Shown here in pieces: positions 36,186 to 44,136 of a stretch of 64,000 nt of DNA. Both the position numbers and the translations under genes were made by a program. The notes under the pieces are model-generated. The model had not been told where the DNA came from. It searched no databases and saw only the letters and a program-made list of their open reading frames with translations. Position 1 is the first letter of the stretch, and the number at the start of each line of letters is the position of its first letter. Source of the DNA: Steroidobacteraceae bacterium (GTDB taxonomy: Bacteria > Pseudomonadota > Gammaproteobacteria > Steroidobacterales > Steroidobacteraceae); the NCBI GenBank assembly GCA_035504335.1, contig DATJSD010000065.1, positions 76 to 64,075 of the forward strand, in the 5' to 3' direction.

Positions 36186-36530
36186 CTACTGCGCTGCGGG
36201 GGCCGGCGTGGTGCGGCGGATCGGCGGCGTGGGCACCTCGGGGACGTACTTCGGCGGCCAGTACAGGCACGGGGCGTTGCGCGCTCGCGGCGGCGTCGGC
36301 GTATCCAGCCTCGGAATGGTGACCCCGCCGGCCGTGTTGGGGCCGTTCAGACCGGGCGGCGCCTTCAGCGGCGCCAGGGACTGCGCATTGCCGGCGAAGT
36401 ACGGGTTGCGGCAGCCGACGTCGCTGTGCCCGCGATGCAGCAGCGCGCATCCGGGCAGCAGCAGCGCGGCTGCCAGGCAGGCCAGCAGCGCACCGACCCT
36501 GGCGCGCTCGCCGCGAAGAGCATGCCTCAC
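36186..36530 (-). CDS. small lipoprotein in the dapA-downstream (BamC) position
   Basis: The GTG at 36530 overlaps the dapA TGA (GTGA). Lipobox ALLACLAAALLLPGC. 114 aa, much shorter than a typical BamC. Confidence 0.6.
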   Translation of the reverse strand: MRHALRGERARVGALLACLAAALLLPGCALLHRGHSDVGCRNPYFAGNAQSLAPLKAPPGLNGPNTAGGVTIPRLDTPTPPRARNAPCLYWPPKYVPEVPTPPIRRTTPAPAAQ

Positions 36531-37531
36531 GCGAACTTCGCCTGCGTACGCGACGCCCTGTTGGCGGCCGTACCGGTCGCTGCCGGCATCGCCGGCAGAG
36601 GTGCCAACGGCGCTGGCTGCAGCCCCTGCAGCCCCTGCAGCTGGCGCTGCGCGGCCTCGAACGCCGCGCGCACGCGCGCGTGCAGCGGCTCGGACAATGG
36701 CGTCAGCGGCAGGCGGATGCCCGGGCCGATGAGTCCCTGCTGCGCCAGCAGCCACTTGACCGGAATCGGGCTGGTCTCGACGAACAGCGCCTGATGCAGC
36801 GCATTCAGACAGGCATCGAGCTGCCGCGTCGCCTGCGAGTCCGCGCCAAGGGCCAGGGCGCACAGCCGCGCCATCGCCTGCGGCACGACATTGGCGGTCA
36901 CCGAGATCACTCCGCGAGCGCCATTGAGCATCGCCTCGGCGCAGGTGCCGTCATCGCCGGACAGCACGGCGAAGCGGCCGTTCTGCGCCTCGCGGGTCAG
37001 CGCCACGAGCTCGCGCACGCGCTGCACCGCGCTGCCCGAGACGGCTTCCTTGACCGCCACGATGCGCGGCAGCTGCGCCAGCCGCGCCACCGTCGCGGGC
37101 AGCAGATCCACCGCGGTGCGCGCCGGCACGTTGTAAAGCACCACCGGCACCTCGGAAGCCGAGGCCACCGCCTCGAAGTGCCGGTACAACCCCTCTTGCG
37201 TCGGGCGATTGTACGGGGGCGTCACGACCAGCAGCGCATCGACCCCGGCGGCCGACAGCACCCGCGCCCGCTGCACCGTCGCAGCGGTGCTGCTCTCTCC
37301 GGCCCCCGCGATCAGCGCGACGCGTCCGCGCAGCAGCGCTCGCGCGCTCGCGAGCAGCTGCAGCAGCTCCGGCTCGGCGAGTGTGGCCGCCTCACCGGTC
37401 GTGCCTGCCACGACGATGCCCGCGGTGCCTGCGGCCACGTGCAGCTCGAGCAGCCGCTCCCACGCAGACCAGTCGATGCCGCCATCGGCGTGCATCGGAG
37501 TCACGATCGCGACCAGGCTGCCCGAGAACAT
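36527..37531 (-). CDS. dapA: 4-hydroxy-tetrahydrodipicolinate synthase
   Basis: MFSGSLVAIVTPM.., GTTGEAATL, YNVPARTAVDL, KEA (active-site Lys context). Has a roughly 40-aa C-terminal extension. Confidence 0.92.
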   Translation of the reverse strand: MFSGSLVAIVTPMHADGGIDWSAWERLLELHVAAGTAGIVVAGTTGEAATLAEPELLQLLASARALLRGRVALIAGAGESSTAATVQRARVLSAAGVDALLVVTPPYNRPTQEGLYRHFEAVASASEVPVVLYNVPARTAVDLLPATVARLAQLPRIVAVKEAVSGSAVQRVRELVALTREAQNGRFAVLSGDDGTCAEAMLNGARGVISVTANVVPQAMARLCALALGADSQATRQLDACLNALHQALFVETSPIPVKWLLAQQGLIGPGIRLPLTPLSEPLHARVRAAFEAAQRQLQGLQGLQPAPLAPLPAMPAATGTAANRASRTQAKFA

Positions 37532-37823
37532 TGGCTGGTAGTGGATGGAAATGGCACGGAAGATGAGAAGCGTACGATGTTACGGGCCAGGCCTCCCCGG
37601 GTGCAAGCCGGTCGCCGTGCCCGACGCGCCGTGCCGCGGCGGTACCTGCCGCCTTGGCCTTGCCGCCGTCATGACCGCCGCCATGACCGGCGCGGTAGCC
37701 GGCGCGGTAGCCGGCGCCTTGACCGCGGCCGTGCCTCGCCGGCAAGGCCGGCCCTTCGCGGCGCCGCGGCCACTGCCGTTCGCAAGGCGCCCGACTCCCG
37801 GTACACTGCCTGGCACCACTGCG

Positions 37824-38366
37824 ATGTCCGACCCGATGAAACAGCACCTCGCCGTCTCCGCCATCGGTAGCGACCGCACCGGCATGGTCCACGAGCTCAC
37901 ACGCATCATCAGCGAATGCGGCGGCAACGTCGCCGAGAGCCGCATGACGGCACTGGGCGCAGAGTTCGCCATGCTGCTGCTGGTGAGCGGAAACTGGCAC
38001 GCGCTCGCGCGCATCGAGTCGGAGCTGACGCGCCTGGCCGAGGGCGGCGGCCTCAGTGTGCACCTCAAGCGCACCGAGCCGCGCACCGCGCGCACCGACA
38101 TGCTGCCCTACTCCGTCGACATCGTGAGCCTCGACCAGGCGGGCATCGTCGCCGGACTGTCCGGCTTCTTCGCCTCCCGTGGCATCGACATCAGCGATGT
38201 GTCCACGCGCGCCTACCCCGCCGCCCATACCGGCGCCCCGATGTTCGCCACGCAGATGGTCGTGCAGGTGCCGGCCAAGCTGCACATCGCCCAGCTGCGC
38301 GAGGAATTCATGGACTTCTGCGATTCACTGAACCTGGACGCCATCCTCGAGCCCGTCAAATCATGA
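37824..38366 (+). CDS. gcvR: glycine cleavage system transcriptional repressor (tandem ACT domains)
   Basis: ATG at 37824. LAVSAIGSDRTGMVHELTRIISECGGNV and VDIVSLDQAGIVAGLSGFFASRGIDI. Conserved dapA/gcvR/bcp neighbourhood. Confidence 0.8.
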   Translation: MSDPMKQHLAVSAIGSDRTGMVHELTRIISECGGNVAESRMTALGAEFAMLLLVSGNWHALARIESELTRLAEGGGLSVHLKRTEPRTARTDMLPYSVDIVSLDQAGIVAGLSGFFASRGIDISDVSTRAYPAAHTGAPMFATQMVVQVPAKLHIAQLREEFMDFCDSLNLDAILEPVKS

Positions 38367-39055
38367 GCCGACCCCGAGCCCCACGCGCAGCCCCCGCCGC
38401 GCGCGGCGCGCGCGCACACCCCGGCAAGGCGAAGGCCGCCCCGACCCGTGCCGCCCCGACCCGTGCCGCCACGACCCGTGCCGCCACGACCCGCGCCGCA
38501 CGCCCGCCACGCGCCGCCCCGACCCGTGCCACCCGCCCGACCCGCGCGGCCCCCGTGCCTCGCGCCGCCGCGCCCCGCCGCGCGGCGGTGGCCGGCGTCG
38601 CGCTCGGGTCCCCGGTGGCGGATTTCTCGCTACCCGCCACCGGCGGGGCGGACTGGCGCCTGTCCGGGGCCCTGGGCCGCAAGCTGGTGGTGTACTTCTA
38701 CCCGCGCGACAACACGCCGGGCTGCACGCTCGAGGGCCGTGATTTCGCCGCGCTCGCGGCGCGCTTCGCCGCCGCCGGCACCGACATCGTGGGGATCTCG
38801 CGCGACAGCCTCGCCTCGCACGAGAAATTTCGCGACAAGATGGCCTTCCCGTTTCCGCTGCTGTCCGACGCCGACGAGACGATTTGCCGGCAGTTCGACG
38901 TCATCCGGCAAAAGCATCTGTATGGCCGCTCCTTCCCGGGCATCGAGCGCAGCACCTTCCTGCTCGACGCGCACGGGGTGCTGCGCCGCGAGTGGCGCAA
39001 GGTGCGGGTGAGCGGACACGCGCAAGCGGTGCTGGCAGCCGCCGAATCGTTGTGA
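38363..39055 (+). CDS. bcp: thiol peroxidase Bcp (peroxiredoxin) with basic Ala/Pro/Thr/Arg-rich N-terminal extension
   Basis: The ATG at 38363 overlaps the gcvR TGA (ATGA). The Prx core begins near PVADFSLP and includes VVYFYPRDNTPGCT. An alternative GTG start at 38588 would remove the extension. Confidence 0.8.
   Translation: MSRPRAPRAAPAARGARAHPGKAKAAPTRAAPTRAATTRAATTRAARPPRAAPTRATRPTRAAPVPRAAAPRRAAVAGVALGSPVADFSLPATGGADWRLSGALGRKLVVYFYPRDNTPGCTLEGRDFAALAARFAAAGTDIVGISRDSLASHEKFRDKMAFPFPLLSDADETICRQFDVIRQKHLYGRSFPGIERSTFLLDAHGVLRREWRKVRVSGHAQAVLAAAESL
38435..38494. repeat. 15-bp in-frame tandem repeat (4 contiguous copies plus degenerate copies to about 38545)
   Basis: gccgcc(c/a)cgacccg(t/c) units at 38435, 38450, 38465 and 38480. 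They encode A-A-P/T-T-R pentapeptides. Confidence 0.9.
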
Positions 39056-40458
39056 AGGTCGCCCCCCGCCGGCTGTTCGTGCTCGACACCAACGTGTTGA
39101 TGCACGATCCGACCGCGATATTCCGCTTCGAGGAGCACGACGTGTACCTGCCCATGGTCGTGCTCGAGGAGCTGGACGCCAACAAGAAGGGCCTGTCGGA
39201 AGCCTCGCGCAACGCGCGCCAGGTCAGCCGCTTTCTGGACGACATGATGCGCGACGTCGTCAAGGAGCAGATCGATTCGGGGCTGCCCATTCCATCCGGT
39301 TTCAGCGGCAATCACGGCAAGCGCCCGCCCAGCGGACGCCTGTTCTTCCAGACGCGCGCGCTGCCGGGCGGACTGCCCGAGGGCCTGCCCGGGGCCGGTG
39401 CCGACAATGCGATCCTCGGGCAAACCCTCGCCCTGCAGCGCCAGGAGCCCGGCACGCGGGTGACGCTGGTGTCCAAGGACATCAATCTGCGCATCAAGGC
39501 CGCGATCGTGGGCGTGCATGCCGAGGACTATTACAGCGATCGCACGATCGAAGACGCGGACGTGCTGTACACCGGGGTGCAGCTGCTGCCCGCGGACTTC
39601 TGGGAGCGCCATGGCCGCGACATGCGCTCCTGGAAGGAAGGGGATCGCACCTGGTATCAGCTCAGCGGGCCGACCGCGAGCGCCTGGTGGCCGAACCTGT
39701 TCGTCTATCAGGAGGAGCCCGGCGGCATCGAGGCGATCGTGCGCGGCGTGCAGGCGCAGTCCGCGCGGCTGGAGCTGACGCGGGATTTTCGCAGCGAGCG
39801 GCACGGCGTCTGGGGCATCACCGCGCGCAACCGCGAGCAGAGCTTTGCGCTGAATCTGCTGCTCGACCCGGACATCGACTGCGTGACGCTGCTCGGGCCG
39901 GCCGGCAGCGGCAAGACGCTGCTCGCGCTGGCCGCAGGGCTCACGCTCACGCTCGAGCGCAATCGCTTTCTCGAGATCATCATGACGCGCGTGACCGTGC
40001 CGCTCGGGGAGGACATCGGCTTCCTGCCCGGCACGGAGGAGGAGAAGATGGAGCCCTGGATGGGCGCGCTGATGGACAACCTGGAGGTTCTGACGCACAG
40101 CGACGAGGGCGGCAGCTGGGGTCGTGCGGCCACCAACGATCTGCTGCGCAACCGCATCAAGATCCGTTCCCTGAACTTCATGCGCGGGCGCACCTTCCTG
40201 AACCGCTTCATCATCCTGGACGAGGCTCAGAATCTCACGCCCAAGCAGATGAAGGCGCTGGTCACCCGCGCCGGCCCGGGCAGCAAGCTGGTGTGTCTGG
40301 GCAACATCGCGCAGATCGACACCCCATACCTGACCGAGACGACCTGCGGCCTCACTTATGTCGTTAATCGCTTTCGCGGCTGGGCACACGCCGGCCACGT
40401 GACCCTGGCACGCGGGGAGCGCTCGCGGCTGGCAGACTATGCCTCCGAAGCGTTGTAG
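39052..40458 (+). CDS. PhoH-like ATPase with N-terminal PIN domain (PhoH2/YlaK type)
   Basis: The GTG at 39052 overlaps the bcp TGA. PIN motif FVLDTNVLMHDP. Walker A GPAGSGKT. ILDEAQN. C-terminal PhoH signature. Confidence 0.85.
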   Translation: MKVAPRRLFVLDTNVLMHDPTAIFRFEEHDVYLPMVVLEELDANKKGLSEASRNARQVSRFLDDMMRDVVKEQIDSGLPIPSGFSGNHGKRPPSGRLFFQTRALPGGLPEGLPGAGADNAILGQTLALQRQEPGTRVTLVSKDINLRIKAAIVGVHAEDYYSDRTIEDADVLYTGVQLLPADFWERHGRDMRSWKEGDRTWYQLSGPTASAWWPNLFVYQEEPGGIEAIVRGVQAQSARLELTRDFRSERHGVWGITARNREQSFALNLLLDPDIDCVTLLGPAGSGKTLLALAAGLTLTLERNRFLEIIMTRVTVPLGEDIGFLPGTEEEKMEPWMGALMDNLEVLTHSDEGGSWGRAATNDLLRNRIKIRSLNFMRGRTFLNRFIILDEAQNLTPKQMKALVTRAGPGSKLVCLGNIAQIDTPYLTETTCGLTYVVNRFRGWAHAGHVTLARGERSRLADYASEAL

Positions 40459-40573
40459 TGTATGGGGATCGCGTGTCGGGACTGTCCGGGGACGACGACC
40501 GCGGCCCGGCCCAGGGCGGAACCCTCACGGACACGGTAAGTCGAAACCCCGGCTGACGCGTTGGAAGGACTCT

Positions 40574-42319
40574 ATGCGCCGTACCTTCGCCGCCTGTATG
40601 GGCTGCCTGCTGATGTTGAGCAGCTCCTGGAGCTTCGCGCTCGGGGGCGTGCAGCCGGCGGCCCCATCGGCGGATACCCCATCGGCGGGCGCCCAGCCCG
40701 CCGGCAGCTCGGCCCCGTCCGCCGCCCCGCCTGCGGCCGCGGGCAGCGGCGCCAGCCTGCCCTACCCGCAGACCGATAACCCCTATCCGCTCTATCCCGG
40801 CAATCCCAGGGCGAACCCGCCCGCACCGCCGCCTCCGATCAACGAGAGCGACCTCACCACCGGGCCGCCCACGCTCGCGCCCGACAACCTGCCGCAGACG
40901 GAAACCTCCGACAACAACCTGTTCGGCAGCCTGCCGGATCTGGGCAGTCCGGAGAACGCGGCGCTCAGTATGGGCGACGAGGCTGAGATCGGGCAGATGG
41001 TGCTCAAGCAGATCCGTGACGCGCACCTGCTGCTCGACGACCCCGAGGTCGATGATTACCTGCAGACCCTCGGCATGCGTCTGGCCTCCGAGGCGCACGA
41101 TCCGGGCCAGCAGTTCCACTACCACTGCATGAACGACAATGAGATCAACTCCTTCGCGACCTTCGGCGGCCAGATCTTCATCTTCAGCGGCCTGATCCTG
41201 ATCAGCGACAACGAATCGGAGCTGGCCGCCGTGATGGCGCACGAGACCGGTCACGTCGTGCAGCGCCATATCGCGCGCGACCTGGTGGCCCAGAGCCACC
41301 TGTCGATGGAGTCGATGGCCGCCATGCTGGCCGCCGTGCTGATCGGCGTCGCCGCCCGCGGCGACAACAACGGCGAGGCCGCAGAAGGGGCCATCGCGAT
41401 GGCCAACGCCGTCGAATTCCAGAAGAGCATCAACTTCACGCGCAGCGAGGAGATCGAGGCGGATTACGTTGGCATTCACCTGCTTGCGGCCGCCGGTTTC
41501 GATCCGGACTACATGGCCGAGATGTTCGAGCGGCTGGGGCAGACCGAGGGGCTGCAGGGCAGCGAGATCCCGGCCATCCTGCAGGACCACCCGGTCACTC
41601 CCGAGCGCATCGCGGCCGCGCGCGAGCGCGCCGCGCAGTTCCCGCGGCTGGCGCACTACGTCGAGTCGCAGAGCTATCCGTTCATCAAGGAGCGCGTGCG
41701 CGTGCTGTCGGCCACGCCCGATGACAACATCGGGCAGTACTACGCCCGGCTGCGCGCGGCGCGCCCATTGACCGCGGCGGAGCGCTATGGCCAGGCCCTG
41801 GTGCAGATGCGCACCGGCCAGGCCGCCGCGGCGGTGCCGACGCTGCGCGAGCTGCGCGCCGAGTACCCCGAGCTGGTGCTGCTCTACTCCGCGCTCGCAC
41901 AGGCGCTCGCGGCGGCCGGTCAGACGCGCGACTCGCTCGCCGAGTTCGCCCGGGCCGCGCAGCTGTTTCCCGAGAACGTGCCGCTGACGGTCGACTACGC
42001 CGAGACGCTCATGAAGATCGGCAGACCCGAACAGGCCCATCGGATGCTGCTGGACCTGTTCAATCTGGTGGAGCCCACCCCGCCGCAGATTCAGCTCACG
42101 GCGCTCGCGGCCAATGCCGCCGGCGACACCGCCGATGCCTACTACTACATGGGTCAATACAGCCTCGCCAACGGCGATCTGGGGCTCGCCAACCAGGAGC
42201 TCGAGCTCGCGCTGCGCGTGCCGCATCTGTCGGAGGTGCAGCGCGAGCGCTTCCGCGCGATGCTGCAACAGGTGCGCGACTGGATGCGCGAACAGCAACA
42301 GGCACGGCACCGGGGCTGA
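40574..42319 (+). CDS. M48 family metalloprotease with TPR region (BepA/YfgC-like)
   Basis: ATG at 40574 after GGAAGGA. Signal peptide, HExxH (MAHETGHVVQRH), C-terminal TPR-like helices. Pro/Ala-rich N-terminal linker. Confidence 0.8.
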   Translation: MRRTFAACMGCLLMLSSSWSFALGGVQPAAPSADTPSAGAQPAGSSAPSAAPPAAAGSGASLPYPQTDNPYPLYPGNPRANPPAPPPPINESDLTTGPPTLAPDNLPQTETSDNNLFGSLPDLGSPENAALSMGDEAEIGQMVLKQIRDAHLLLDDPEVDDYLQTLGMRLASEAHDPGQQFHYHCMNDNEINSFATFGGQIFIFSGLILISDNESELAAVMAHETGHVVQRHIARDLVAQSHLSMESMAAMLAAVLIGVAARGDNNGEAAEGAIAMANAVEFQKSINFTRSEEIEADYVGIHLLAAAGFDPDYMAEMFERLGQTEGLQGSEIPAILQDHPVTPERIAAARERAAQFPRLAHYVESQSYPFIKERVRVLSATPDDNIGQYYARLRAARPLTAAERYGQALVQMRTGQAAAAVPTLRELRAEYPELVLLYSALAQALAAAGQTRDSLAEFARAAQLFPENVPLTVDYAETLMKIGRPEQAHRMLLDLFNLVEPTPPQIQLTALAANAAGDTADAYYYMGQYSLANGDLGLANQELELALRVPHLSEVQRERFRAMLQQVRDWMREQQQARHRG

Positions 42320-42437
42320 TCCACGCCCGGCACCTGAACGCAACGTGTCGGCAGGACACCTGCCGGGGCCGCCCAGCCCCAGCCGCGGGGCGCCGCGGCA
42401 GACTAACCCGAGCGGACGGCTGCTAAACTGGCCGCTC

Positions 42438-43385
42438 ATGCCCAGATTCCCGTCGACCACCGCGCTCGTCGTGACGCTGCTCGGGCTGAGCGGCTGCGCC
42501 ACGCTGCCGGCGGGCAAGCCCGCCCCGGGGGATCCGTGGGAGCGCATGAACCGCTCGATCTGGAGCTTCGACAACGCCTTCGATCACGCGCTGCTGCGAC
42601 CGGTGGCGAGCGGCTACGTGCGCTATACCCCTGCGCCCGTACGCCACGGGGTGCATAACTTCATCACCAACCTGACGTACTCGGACACGGTGGTCAACGA
42701 CCTGCTGCAGGGGAAGTTCAACGACTGCGCCAGCGACGTCGCACGGCTGGTGGTCAACAGCGTGCTGGGCGTCGGCGGGCTGCTCGATCCGGCCTCCCAC
42801 ATGAATCTGGGCCTGCACGATACGGACTTCGGCCAGACGCTGGGCATCTGGGGGCTGCACCGCGGACCGTTCCTGATGCTGCCCTTTCTGGGCCCCTCGG
42901 ATGTGCGCGACACCTTCGGACTGGCGGGCGACACCTACCTCGAGCCCTATCCCTACATTCCCAATCAGTACGCCAGCTGGGGGGTGTACCTGGTCGGCAA
43001 GGTCGATGAGCGCTCCGGGCTGCTCGCGGAGGATCAGTTGATCGACAGCGCCTACGACTCGTATGCCTTCGTGCGCAACACCTATCTGCAGCAGCGCGAA
43101 TTCAAGGTGCACGGCAGCCAGCCGGAAACCCCCGAGCAGCTGTTCCCCGGGGCGGATCTGGGCCCGAGCACCCCTGCGCCTGCCCCTGCGCCCGCGCCTG
43201 CGCCGCAGGGCGCAGCGGCTCCGCCGAGCGCTGCGCCATCGCCGAGCGCTGCGCCATCGCCGAGCGCGGCGCCATCGCCGAGCGCGGCGCCATCGCCGAG
43301 CGCGGCGCCCCCGCCAGGCGCGGCACCCCCGCAGGGCGCGGCGCCCGCGCCGGGCGCGGCGCCGGGCGCAACGCCCCCGCGGTGA
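42438..43385 (+). CDS. mlaA: MlaA/VacJ family outer-membrane lipoprotein
   Basis: ATG at 42438. Lipobox LLGLSGC. DPWERMNR, FN..LLRP.A..Y, NDLLQGK, GPFLMLPFLGPS. C-terminal PSAAPS repeat tail. Confidence 0.88.
   Translation: MPRFPSTTALVVTLLGLSGCATLPAGKPAPGDPWERMNRSIWSFDNAFDHALLRPVASGYVRYTPAPVRHGVHNFITNLTYSDTVVNDLLQGKFNDCASDVARLVVNSVLGVGGLLDPASHMNLGLHDTDFGQTLGIWGLHRGPFLMLPFLGPSDVRDTFGLAGDTYLEPYPYIPNQYASWGVYLVGKVDERSGLLAEDQLIDSAYDSYAFVRNTYLQQREFKVHGSQPETPEQLFPGADLGPSTPAPAPAPAPAPQGAAAPPSAAPSPSAAPSPSAAPSPSAAPSPSAAPPPGAAPPQGAAPAPGAAPGATPPR
43223..43312. repeat. 18-bp in-frame tandem repeat (5 copies) at the mlaA 3' end
   Basis: gccgagcgc(t/g)gcgccatc units at 43223, 43241, 43259, 43277 and 43295. 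Confidence 0.9.
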
Positions 43386-43388
43386 GCA

Positions 43389-44117
43389 GTGGTGTCGGCC
43401 CCCGCGCCCGAGCTGCCGCCCGCGCCGCTGCTGTCCATACAGGGGCTCTGCAAGAGCTACGGCGCGCGCAACGGCGCGGTGCTCGATGGGCTGGAGCTGC
43501 AGCTCGCGGCGGGCGAGTACGTGGCGATCATGGGCGAATCGGGCGCGGGCAAGTCGACGCTGCTGAACCTGATCGCCGGGCTCGACCAGCCCGACCGGGG
43601 CAGCGTGCTGCTCGACGGGGTCGATATCGCGCATCTGGACGACGATGAGCGCACGCGCCTGCGACGCGCGCATCTGGGCTTCGTGTTCCAGGCATTTCAC
43701 GTGCTGCCGTACCTGACGGTGCTGCAGAACGTCACCCTGCCGCTGGACCTGCTGCACGTGCCGCTCGCGCAGCGCGCGCCGCGCGCGCGGTACTGCCTCG
43801 AGCGCTGCGGCATCCTAGCCCTGGCCGAGCGCTACCCGCGCGAGCTGTCCGGCGGGGAACTGCAGCGCGTTGCGATCGCGCGCGCCCTGGTGCACGAGCC
43901 ACGCCTGGTACTGGCCGACGAGCCGACCGGCAACCTGGATGCGCGCGCGGCCGCACAGATCCTGCAGTTGCTGCGCGAGCAGCTGCACGCCACCGGCGCC
44001 GGGGCGATTCTGATCACGCACTCCCCCGCGGCCGCGAGCAGCGCGGACCGCATTCTGCGCCTGGCCGGCGGACGGCTGACGGCGCGGCCGCAGGTGTCGG
44101 CCGCACCGCACCCGTGA
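43389..44117 (+). CDS. ABC transporter ATP-binding protein (MacB/LolD/AttE-like)
   Basis: Walker A GESGAGKST, signature LSGGELQRV, Walker B LVLADEPTGNLD. GTG start 3 nt after the mlaA stop. Confidence 0.88.
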   Translation: MVSAPAPELPPAPLLSIQGLCKSYGARNGAVLDGLELQLAAGEYVAIMGESGAGKSTLLNLIAGLDQPDRGSVLLDGVDIAHLDDDERTRLRRAHLGFVFQAFHVLPYLTVLQNVTLPLDLLHVPLAQRAPRARYCLERCGILALAERYPRELSGGELQRVAIARALVHEPRLVLADEPTGNLDARAAAQILQLLREQLHATGAGAILITHSPAAASSADRILRLAGGRLTARPQVSAAPHP

Positions 44118-44136
44118 GGCGCCCGATGCCCCCGCG

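Noticed and set aside
36127-36794. Plus-strand ORFs of 201 and 218 aa
   Set aside because: They overlap the minus-strand lipoprotein and the dapA 3' end. They have no motifs and low-complexity Arg/Ala/Gly composition.
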